Source: Bacteroidales bacterium
GTDB lineage: Bacteria > Bacteroidota > Bacteroidia > Bacteroidales > FEN-979
Assembly (NCBI GenBank): GCA_038212325.1
Contig: JBBQUQ010000004.1
Span: 154-64,153, forward strand
DNA length: 64,000 nt
Direction of reading: 5' to 3'
Part shown: in pieces, positions 45,268 through 54,300 of the stretch
Layout: every line of letters begins with the position of its first letter
Numbering within the stretch: position 1 is the first letter of the stretch
The notes under the pieces: model-generated
Seen by the model: the letters and a program-made list of their open reading frames with translations, nothing else
What the model was told of the DNA's origin: nothing
Database searches by the model: none
Translations under genes and position numbers: made by a program

Positions 45268-47313
45268 TCACCGGTTTTGTTTGGCAATCTGCTCGCCAAG
45301 GTTGTAATAGTAGGCAGCTTTTGCATCATCGCCCTTGATCAGGTAAAGTGCATTCAGCTGAACGCAGAGTTCGAAACTGGGATTTATCGCAGCTGCCTTT
45401 TCCCAGTAATTCACCGCTGTTGCGGTGTCTTTCCTCAGCATGTAGTAGTTGCCGATGTTCACATAAGGCATCTCAAGCCGGGGATAGGCCTTCATCATCT
45501 CCACATTCATTTTGACCGCACGGTCGAATTCGCCCATGTCGTTGTATACGTTGGCCAGGGCGAATACGGCCTTGACCTGGTTCGGGTTTTCTCTCAGGAT
45601 ATGCTCGTAGCATGCGATGGCTTTCGGGTACTGCTTCATTTCACGGTAGGCCATGCCAAGGTTCACCCACGCCGGCTGCAGTGTGGAGTCGAGCGCGATA
45701 GCCTTTTGCAGAAAGTAGGTGGCTGAATCGTAATTTTTGCCCATGAAGAGGTAAACGGTTCCCAGGTCGTTGATCGTCTGGTAGTTGTCGGGAAAAAGCT
45801 CGAGCCCGCGCCTGAAATGTTTAATGATGGTCTGGTATTTAAACTGGTTGAGGTTGCCCGTGCGCAGGAAATTCTGATCCTGGTAAACCGTGCCCATCAG
45901 GAACCCCGCATAATCGATGTTGGCCTTGGAGGAGTTATACAGCGATTTGATGTCGTGGCGGTACAAGTCGAATACATTGCGCCAGTCGCGGTTTCTTGAA
46001 ACCGACATCACGGTATACGGCAGCAGCAGCAGCAACAGCACGGCAAGTATCTTCAGCCTTGAATCCATTTCAATGGTCAGGCTTTTAGGCTCGGTTTTGA
46101 ATATCTTAAAAATAAAATATACCAGGGCGAGGCAAAAACCCAGGGAGGCGTTGAATACAAACCGTTCGCCCACGATGCCAACCACCGGAACCACTATGTT
46201 GGAATACATCGCTATGGCAACAAGGAACCAGAGGATCGCGAACGACAGCAGGTGCCTTTCCCTGAATTTCATGACGGCATAACTGAACAATCCCACATAA
46301 ACCGCGATGGAAAGAAATACCCCGAAGTTGGCCAGGTTGGTAGCGGGAATCATGTCAAAGCCGTAATAGTAAAGCAGCGGATGCGGGTACAGCAGGATCC
46401 TGAGATAAAACAACAGGGAGGCGAACCCGGTGCCGAGCCTTATCCATGCACTCTTTTCAAAATAGAGCGGGTTCTCAATGTACGAGTTGAACCGCTCGAT
46501 CGGGGGCAGGAAAAGCCTCGGCCCCAGCAGCGCAAGGATAATTACGGCAAGCAGGCCCAGGAATACCAGTGCGATTTTTTTCGCCGGCAGCGGGGTGAAG
46601 AAATAGAGAACAAGCGGGATCAGGGCAAGGAAAGGAAGAATGGAGGTCTTGCTAAGGTATCCGATAAAAAAAAGAGCCGAAGCCAGCAGGAGGTAACCCG
46701 TTTTCAGCTTTTCAGCATATTCAAGCATGAACCAGAGGCTTCCCAATCCGCATATAAACGCAAGCATCTCATCCCGGTTCTTCAGGCTGGCCACCACTTC
46801 TGTATGCACGGGGTGCGCCATGAAGAGGATGGTTACCAGGAATGGGAACAAGATATTGTAATTGAACAGGAGCCGTTTAAGGGTGAAAAACAAAAGAACC
46901 GACAATGCCCAGTAAATCAAAACATTGATTCCATGGCTCACGCCGGGTTTACTTCCCCATAACTGGTGTTCGATGGCAAATGTGGCCTTTACTATAGGCC
47001 TGTAATCGGATGCGGCGGAGCCGACGTTGCCTTTTTGTGAAAAGTACCGGGTTGAAAAAATCATCGGGATGGCCTTGAACCCCTGCTGAACAACCTCGTT
47101 GTTGGTTACATGGTTGTCGTCAACGGCATATTTGTTTAACACGGTGTTGCCGTATAAAATGAACGCAAATAGAAACAGGGCGAAGATGAAATACCGGTTT
47201 GCCTTGCCTGAAACCTTTGGAATGATGTTCAGGGTTTTTGAAATTCCGGCTTTTTTGCCGGCAATCTTGCTGACAGTGGGTGTTGGTTTTTTCGGGAGCT
47301 GATCTTTTTTCAT
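45268..47313 (-). CDS. PMT/TMTC-like GT-C membrane glycosyltransferase fused to C-terminal TPR repeats (paralog 3)
   Basis: VDDN follows TM1 (LNKYAVDDNHVTNNE). A polytopic core is followed by ~6 TPR units (AWVNLGMAYREMKQYPKAIACYEHILRENPNQVKA...). Confidence 0.75.
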   Translation of the reverse strand: MKKDQLPKKPTPTVSKIAGKKAGISKTLNIIPKVSGKANRYFIFALFLFAFILYGNTVLNKYAVDDNHVTNNEVVQQGFKAIPMIFSTRYFSQKGNVGSAASDYRPIVKATFAIEHQLWGSKPGVSHGINVLIYWALSVLLFFTLKRLLFNYNILFPFLVTILFMAHPVHTEVVASLKNRDEMLAFICGLGSLWFMLEYAEKLKTGYLLLASALFFIGYLSKTSILPFLALIPLVLYFFTPLPAKKIALVFLGLLAVIILALLGPRLFLPPIERFNSYIENPLYFEKSAWIRLGTGFASLLFYLRILLYPHPLLYYYGFDMIPATNLANFGVFLSIAVYVGLFSYAVMKFRERHLLSFAILWFLVAIAMYSNIVVPVVGIVGERFVFNASLGFCLALVYFIFKIFKTEPKSLTIEMDSRLKILAVLLLLLLPYTVMSVSRNRDWRNVFDLYRHDIKSLYNSSKANIDYAGFLMGTVYQDQNFLRTGNLNQFKYQTIIKHFRRGLELFPDNYQTINDLGTVYLFMGKNYDSATYFLQKAIALDSTLQPAWVNLGMAYREMKQYPKAIACYEHILRENPNQVKAVFALANVYNDMGEFDRAVKMNVEMMKAYPRLEMPYVNIGNYYMLRKDTATAVNYWEKAAAINPSFELCVQLNALYLIKGDDAKAAYYYNLGEQIAKQNR

Positions 47314-47327
47314 CCGGCAGTTGAAAT

Positions 47328-48170
47328 TTATGCAAAGGTAGAAATTTCTTGTGCAAGCCTGACGAAATCATGCACCGACAGTCGTTCGGCGCGCAGGTTC
47401 AGATATCCTGCGAGGATTTCCGACTCCGGGATGCCGGTGGCAGGCAGCATGGAACGGATGGCATTGCGCAGCGTTTTCCTGCGCTGGTTGAAGGCAGTTT
47501 TGACCAGTCTCGTGAAGAGGGCTTCATCGCAGTCAAGTTTCATGGTGCTGTTGCGGCGCAGCCTGATAACGGCCGACTTGACCTTTGGAGGGGGATAAAA
47601 AACCGTTTCATTCACCGTAAACAGGTATTCGATGTTGTAAAATGCCTGGAGCAGCACGCTGATAATGCCATAGCTCTTACTCCCCGGCGGCGAGGCGATG
47701 CGCTCGGCGACCTCCTTCTGGAACATGCCGATCACCTCAGGGATCCGGTCGCGGCTGGCAAGCACTTTAAACAGGATCTGCGTGGAGATGTTGTAGGGAA
47801 AATTACCGATGACGGTGAATTTTGGCAGGAAGAGCGGGTCGCCGGCCTGCTCGGAGGAGGCAGCATCCTGCATCCCGGATGCGGGATCCGTGGCAGGGGG
47901 AAAACCGCCCAGGTCATACTCCAGGAAATCGGCATGGATCAGGCAGTTTGAAATCCCGGGAAATGCGGTTTTCAGGTATTCGACGGCCTCGCGGTCGATT
48001 TCCATGAACCACGCGTTGTTATTACCAACCAAATATTTGGTTAAAACCCCCATCCCGGGGCCGACCTCCAGCACCAGGGGATATTCCGGGTTCAGGCAGC
48101 CGACGATTTGTTGGGCGATGTTTTCATCGCGAAGGAAATGCTGGCCGAGGTGTTTTTTGGGTCGGATCAT
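47328..48170 (-). CDS. rsmA: 16S rRNA (adenine1518/1519-N6)-dimethyltransferase
   Basis: KKHLGQHFL, LEVGPGMG and GNFPYNIST motifs. The start overlaps the upstream stop (ATGA). Confidence 0.9.
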   Translation of the reverse strand: MIRPKKHLGQHFLRDENIAQQIVGCLNPEYPLVLEVGPGMGVLTKYLVGNNNAWFMEIDREAVEYLKTAFPGISNCLIHADFLEYDLGGFPPATDPASGMQDAASSEQAGDPLFLPKFTVIGNFPYNISTQILFKVLASRDRIPEVIGMFQKEVAERIASPPGSKSYGIISVLLQAFYNIEYLFTVNETVFYPPPKVKSAVIRLRRNSTMKLDCDEALFTRLVKTAFNQRRKTLRNAIRSMLPATGIPESEILAGYLNLRAERLSVHDFVRLAQEISTFA

Positions 48171-50029
48171 ATATCCCCCCGCAACATCCTGAATTTTTTC
48201 CGTGCATCGGGAACGAAGATGCTGCCCGGGTATTTGTCGAGCAATTCCTGGTAGAGCGTCATTGCCAACTCCCGCTTGCGCAGTTGCTTTTCATTCAGGG
48301 ATGCTGCCTGAAAGAGCGCTTCATCGGCGAGGATGCCGTCGGGATACTCTTTCACAAGCTGCCGCAACAGGCTGTCGGATGCTGCATAGCTCCCCATCTT
48401 GCCCATGATCTCCGCCATTTTATACAGTACCTGCTGCAAAATGGGATGGTCGCCAAACATCCGGGGAATGGAATCGAGCGACTGCAGCGCCAGCTCGTTT
48501 TCATTGCGGTAGCTGAGCAAGTCGGCATGCGCGTAAATCGACAGAGCAATGGTGCTGCTGTCGGGGTCGTAATTTTCACTGATCAGCAGCGACAGGGCAA
48601 TGGCATCGTTGGAAATGAACTTAGACGTGGCGGCTTTGAGAATATCGGCCTGCGCCTTGGCCCAGCTGAATTCGCCGATGTAAAAGGAGAGTTTTGCATT
48701 TTTAAACTTAGCCTCCTGCCCCAGCACATCGTATTTGAAATCCTGATATGCCTGCTGGTATAGCAAAGTGGCTTCCCACACATCATCGGTGAACAGCAGG
48801 ATGTCGGCCAGTTCGATTTTGCACTTCGCCCTTTCGGCGTGAGGCACTCCCGTAAGTTCAATGGCATCGTTCAGCAGGCTGATCGCCTGGCCTGTTTTTC
48901 CAAGGTAAAATGCCTTGATGTGCGCCAGGTTCCTTATGACTGAGATATTCGCGGGGTCATCGCCGTAATAGGCCAGTTCGGCAGAAAACTCCCTCTCCAG
49001 GATCTCCAACTCCGTTTTGGACGGGGCCGGTTCGGCGACGATCTTCAGGTAACGCGTGTTGACCAGTTCGCGGCGGGCTATATCGTAATAGGTGCATGTC
49101 GCACCTTTCGACACGATGTACTGGTAACAATCGATGGCCACATCATACTGCTCGTTCGACACGGCAAGGCCGGCCAGGGAGACCAGTTTGTCGCCGTTCT
49201 CCTTGAACCTGCGGTCGAGCGCCTTTGCCTGGATGAGCGCCAGGTCAAACTCCTTCTGCTGGATCGAATACCACCACAGCAGTTCTGCATAATTCGTGTT
49301 ATCGGGGTTCTTCTGCGCCCTCGACAACAGGGTCCTGCGCAGGATCTCGTTTTTCTCGTTGTTTACATCGAACGACAGGGTCATCTGGATCCGGTCCTCC
49401 ACCGTCTTGAGGTAAGTATTGCTGAAATCGAGCATGTTCAGGTACTCCTCCATCGCACTCTTGAAATCGCCCATGCGCTCGTACACGCTGGCCAGTTCAA
49501 AACCAAATGGATAGGTGTTGTTCATCAGCTGCCTGCCTTTCTGGTAGGTGCGTATCGCATACTCATTCTCGCCACGGGTGATGAAGGCATTGGCGAGGTC
49601 GAAGATCTGCTGCTGGCTCGGTCCAAGCTTTTTCAGCGCCTCCTCGTAAAGCTTTTTCGCTTTCTCGGAGTTTCCCGAGCGGTAACTCACATAGCCCAGG
49701 TCGACCGTGTACCTGAATGCCTCAGGTTCGGCCTTCTGGGATTTTTTAATCAGCTTTTCAGCCCTGCCATACTCCTTGATTTCGACCAGTGAATACAACA
49801 GGTACTGGTAATAGTACTGTGACGGTTTTTGCTCATAAAGCTGCTCAAACATTTCAGCTGCTTTTGCAAAATCCTGGTTCTGGTAAAACTGCAAGGCAAG
49901 TTGTTCCTCATTCCCGGGTTTCGGCGCATCCGTTTGAAACGGCAGCAGCGGCGGTGTGGCTGTCTTTATTTCCTGCGACCTGAGCAGCCCTGGCAAAACA
50001 AAAAGAAAAAACAGGACCAAAATTCGCAT
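48167..50029 (-). CDS. Periplasmic TPR-repeat protein
   Basis: Signal peptide MRILVLFFLFVLPGLLRSQ from the ATG at 50029. Degenerate TPR-like helical repeats run throughout. The four further upstream in-frame ATGs lie inside the 15-nt repeat. Confidence 0.6.
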   Translation of the reverse strand: MRILVLFFLFVLPGLLRSQEIKTATPPLLPFQTDAPKPGNEEQLALQFYQNQDFAKAAEMFEQLYEQKPSQYYYQYLLYSLVEIKEYGRAEKLIKKSQKAEPEAFRYTVDLGYVSYRSGNSEKAKKLYEEALKKLGPSQQQIFDLANAFITRGENEYAIRTYQKGRQLMNNTYPFGFELASVYERMGDFKSAMEEYLNMLDFSNTYLKTVEDRIQMTLSFDVNNEKNEILRRTLLSRAQKNPDNTNYAELLWWYSIQQKEFDLALIQAKALDRRFKENGDKLVSLAGLAVSNEQYDVAIDCYQYIVSKGATCTYYDIARRELVNTRYLKIVAEPAPSKTELEILEREFSAELAYYGDDPANISVIRNLAHIKAFYLGKTGQAISLLNDAIELTGVPHAERAKCKIELADILLFTDDVWEATLLYQQAYQDFKYDVLGQEAKFKNAKLSFYIGEFSWAKAQADILKAATSKFISNDAIALSLLISENYDPDSSTIALSIYAHADLLSYRNENELALQSLDSIPRMFGDHPILQQVLYKMAEIMGKMGSYAASDSLLRQLVKEYPDGILADEALFQAASLNEKQLRKRELAMTLYQELLDKYPGSIFVPDARKKFRMLRGDI

Positions 50030-50070
50030 ATTCGTCATTCGCATATTCATCATTCGCATATTCATCATTC
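50022..50070. repeat. Tandem 15-nt repeat (ATTCGCAT + ATTCRTC) x3.2
   Basis: attcgcatattcgtc attcgcatattcatc attcgcatattcatc attc. On the minus strand each unit reads ATG-AAT-ATG-CGA-ATG, in frame with the TPR gene. Confidence 0.9.
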
Positions 50071-51264
50071 TTTGTCCCGCAGCATGTTAACGGCAAACCA
50101 TGCCATCGTCCCCATGCCTGTCCTCATGCTCTCTTCATCTACGTCGAAGGTTGAGGTATGCAGGTTCGACCTGATTCCCTTTTCTTCATTTGCAATGCCT
50201 AACCGGAACAGGCAGGATGGCACTTCCCGGGCAAAATAGGCAAAGTCTTCGGCCGTCATCCGCTGCTCAAGTATTTTAACGTGATCTGCGCCCAGATATT
50301 CTGATGCCAGCGCATTAAGTTTTCCGGTAAGCGCCGGATCGTTATACAGGTATGGATATCCGTGCGAAACCTTCACCTCGCAGCTCCCTCCCATTCCTGA
50401 TGCCAGGCTTACTGCGATCTGTTCGATGCGCTGGTGCACCTCCTTACGCCATTTTTCGTCGTAGGTGCGCACGGTGCCCTCTATTTTCACCTCATCGGGG
50501 ATGACATTGGTTCGCCCTTCACCGGTGATTTTCCCGAATGAAACCACCGTGGGTACCACGGGATCGGCGTTGCGGCTCACAATCTGCTGAAGCGCAACGA
50601 TGATGTGCGAAGCAATGAGGATCGGATCGATCACCTGCGATGGCGTGGCAGCGTGACCGCCTTTGCCCTTCACGGTGAGAAATATTTCGTCGGTGGAAGC
50701 CATATAGGCCCCGGGCCTCATGCCCACATCACCTGCATCGAGCGTGTTGATCACATGCAGCGCAATGACATGCGTAGGCTTCGGATTCTCCAGCACCCCT
50801 TCAGCGATCATGCGAACCGCCCCGCCGGGGTACGATTCTTCCGACGGCTGGAACAAGAGCTTCACGGTGCCTTCAAACTGATCTTTCAGTGCATGGAGGA
50901 TCTTCGCGGCGCCAAGAAGGCAGGCCATGTGTACATCATGCCCGCAGGCATGCATCTTGCCGGGTATGACCGATTGATATTCCACGCTGTTTTCCTCCCT
51001 GATGGGCAGGGCGTCCATGTCGGCCCGCAAGGCAATGCAGCGTGACGCAGGATTGGTTCCTTCAATAAGGCCCGCAACGCCGGTTTCTGCAATGCCGCGC
51101 TGATAAGGGATCCCATATTCATCGAGCTTGTTACAGATGAATTCAGCGGTTTGGAACTCTTCGCACGACAATTCAGGATTCATGTGAAAATGCCTGCGGA
51201 TCGCGACAACCTCCTCGAAAAACGCTTGGGAAAATGCTTCGATCTGTTGCTTTAGTTCAGCCAT
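50065..51264 (-). CDS. M20-family amidohydrolase (N-acyl-L-amino-acid amidohydrolase-like)
   Basis: HACGHDVH zinc-ligand motif and LLFQPSEE. The start MAELKQQIE at 51264 is supported by a -7 box 23 nt upstream. The track start at 51366 would run through repeats. Confidence 0.85.
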   Translation of the reverse strand: MAELKQQIEAFSQAFFEEVVAIRRHFHMNPELSCEEFQTAEFICNKLDEYGIPYQRGIAETGVAGLIEGTNPASRCIALRADMDALPIREENSVEYQSVIPGKMHACGHDVHMACLLGAAKILHALKDQFEGTVKLLFQPSEESYPGGAVRMIAEGVLENPKPTHVIALHVINTLDAGDVGMRPGAYMASTDEIFLTVKGKGGHAATPSQVIDPILIASHIIVALQQIVSRNADPVVPTVVSFGKITGEGRTNVIPDEVKIEGTVRTYDEKWRKEVHQRIEQIAVSLASGMGGSCEVKVSHGYPYLYNDPALTGKLNALASEYLGADHVKILEQRMTAEDFAYFAREVPSCLFRLGIANEEKGIRSNLHTSTFDVDEESMRTGMGTMAWFAVNMLRDKE

Positions 51265-51287
51265 GGGTTGCAATGGTAAATAAACGT

Positions 51288-51295
51288 CAAAGGTA
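51288..51295 (-). promoter_or_regulatory. -7 box (TACCTTTG) for the M20 amidohydrolase operon
   Basis: The reverse complement of caaaggta matches TAnnTTTG, 23 nt upstream of the ATG at 51264. Confidence 0.45.
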
Positions 51296-51317
51296 GTAAA
51301 TGTTTGGTTTGGTTGAC

Positions 51318-51354
51318 TTGGCGCGCGTCCATTGGCGCGCGTCTGTGACGCGTG
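51318..51354. repeat. Inverted-orientation copy (1.5 units) of the GC-rich repeat seen at 41597
   Basis: The reverse complement of 51331-51354 is cacgcgtcacagacgcgcgccaat, which matches 41598-41621 (cacgcgtcgcaggcgcgcgccaat) at 22 of 24 positions. A half-unit ttggcgcgcgtc lies at 51318-51329. Confidence 0.85.
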
Positions 51355-51365
51355 CCAACCAGGCA

Positions 51366-54300
51366 TCAGTTCTTGATCAGCTTCTGCGTCGAACTCTCAT
51401 TTCCAGCCCGAATGCTGAGAAAATACAGCCCTTTCTTCAACCCGGAAAGATCCATCACAACTTTATTTTCAAGTGAAAACTGGTGCCGGACTTCCCTTAC
51501 CTTCCTCCCGGTGAGATCAAGGAGCATAAGTTTACAATTCCCGTTGACCGACCGGTTCAATTCAATGGTAACCTCTTCGGCTGCGGGATTCGGGAAAATC
51601 CTGAAAAGGGCTGGCTCCCGGCTCAATTCTGCTTCCCCTGAACATTGACCCACGTGTATGTATTGTTGTTTCATAATGGTACTGGTACGGGCGCCACTGG
51701 AAACCGTCAGTTTGACATCGAAGGTGCCGCTGCTGTCGTACCTTACCACCGGGTTCGTATCGCTGCTGGCGGCGGGGATTCCGCCCTGGAACTCCCAACT
51801 CCGTGAGGTGATGCTATCGAATGAATCATCGGTGAAGGTCACCTCCCACCCCCGGCAAACCGAGGTCGCGGCGGCGTGAAACAGTGGGTAGGGCCCATCG
51901 GTGTTCAGGTCGAAGAACTCAAGGTAGCGCTGCATCAGCGTGACCTGGGTTGAGGGCGGCGATGTGCCGCTCAGCATGCTGAAATCAACCATGGTGCCGA
52001 TGGTTTTATAGCCGCTGCCATCATACACAACCTCCAGGTTCTTTGGCACACTGTCGCTGTTGGTCAGCGTGGCATACGCGGGCACAACCGGCTCAAGCGT
52101 GAAAACGGAAACATTGAAGGGAGATGTATAGTCATACGACATCGAATCGGTAAACGTGCCAGGCAAGCCCCTTACTCCGGTGTAAAAATAGCCGGGAATT
52201 CTCCGTGTGGTATATTGAAACATGGGCATCAATACCGTTTGGTTGTAATAATACCATGAATAATAGCTCTCCAGGTAGAGGTTCCCTCCATGTTGCAGGT
52301 AGGCGGCAAGATCGGTGCTAACCGTTTGGTTGAGGTAGAAGCCCCCACCATTCGATGTGTTGAGAATCAGGAAGATACTGGCATACCTGCTATAATCAAA
52401 CTCCAGTATGAAAATCGAGTCATACGCGACCTTCAGGCTGTCGAGCGCCTTGCACATGGCAAGCGCCGAAGCTTTGGAACCCGACAGGCTTACCACCGCA
52501 ACCGGCCTGGCGCCGATCCGGAGGGTGAAGTCAAGGGTTTGCAGCACCCCCGATGAATCGGATAACATGAGCTGCATGAGCGCTTCGCTCCCGGGATCGG
52601 CATCCCGTGAAGCCTTGATCCGGTAATGAAATTCGTCGGCAGCAAACCTCTCCACCTTAGGGATTGCGATCAGCGGCGCCGACAGGATGGCAACATCCGC
52701 ACCGACGGAAATAAGCTTCAGCTGCAGGTTCTGCGCCTGCAAGGTGCCTGTATTTTTCAGCGTGACCACCAAGTCGGCCACTTCGCCCGGGTCGAGCCGT
52801 CCGTTTAATCCATCGGCTACACGGGGCGCTTCAATCCCAAGTTCAGGGGCGGCCACCGGGAAAAGGAGTTCCTTCTTCCACGAACCGGCCACGCTCTGTG
52901 CCTGCAGCACAAGCATCGCCGGGTAGCCGCTCGGCAAGGCGTGGCTCAGCCTGAACGAAAACGCCGATGGGATGGTGAGCGTTTGCCCTGGATTCAGCAA
53001 AGGCACTGTGTACAGGCTGTCGGTGACCAGCAGGGCCGGATCAGCCGACCACAGAAAAAGGGCGAGGTTGTGAAGCGGGAGACTGCTGCGGTTGGTCACC
53101 ATCAGCTTCATCGACGCCGCATGGCCTGCCTGCAGCCGCGCTTCGGCGCCGCAGATCAGTTCGTGAACCACCTCCAGCCCGGTTGATAGCATCAGCACTT
53201 TTGTGTCTGAAATTCTCCCGGCGTCGGCCACACGAACTTGCAATCCGTAGATGACCGAGGGATCGGCCTCACTGACCGTGAGGAGTCCCGACTTGCTGAG
53301 CGTCATACCCGCCGGAACAACGGGCGGGTAAAACAGGTAGCTGGTTCCCGCTGTTTCATTGGCATTCCACTGGGTCTGAATATCATAATTCTGCTCATCG
53401 CCTTTCGAGAACCCTTTGTAAAATGTATGCACGAATCCCTGGTTATCCATCGTGCCGTAGCAGATTTCAAACCGGCCGTCGGGGTACAGTATCAGGGCAA
53501 AATCGTCGACTGAACCGGGAACGTAGGCGTTAACCGACACTTTCCAGCGTATGATGGCGCGGGTGGCATCAGCCTGGAACCAGATACCGTCGTTCTTATT
53601 GGCCTGGTAGGTATATTGCTGCGAAAAAGAGGGGGCGATCAGCGGGAACATCCGCATCATGCCGGTTTCATCGGTAATATAAGGAGAAGGGAGATTCTGC
53701 CGCGTAAAGGCGATGAAGCCAAAGTAATTCACATAGATTGAATCAAACTGTTTCCCATAGAAGGGGAAGCTGAAGGGCAGGGCGACCGGTGCGAACGTTT
53801 CTGTGGGATGGTACACCTGGATGGAGTTTCCTGCAATCAGCGGCTCGGGGGCGTTGGAAGGCTTTTGGTGATAGGCTTCAACGAACGACCAATCGTACGG
53901 CGGTCGTCCGCCGGTGGCTTGCAGCTGAACCTGCATGGGTTGCCCCGGATTATAAGGCGGCAGCGACGACGTTACGATCTGCACAGCCGGTTTCTGAACT
54001 GCCGCCACCGCCGAAACGAGGGCGGTGTTGTTGTCATTGATCATGACGTCGTGGCTGTTCGCGGAAATTTCAACCGGGCTCCCCTGGTAGCTGATGAATG
54101 ATGCATGCGCGATCGCTCCCTCGCCGGTATGCTCCGGGTCGCGCTCTTCGACCATGAAGAAATAGCGGGCCGCCTGCCCCGGTGGAACGAAATTGAGCAA
54201 AGGTGTTACATCCAGCCCGAGCTCAATGGAATCGGCACCAGCGATGGTATCATATCCCTGCATGGCATGTTCGCCTCCCTGGTAATTGAACACCGGGAAC

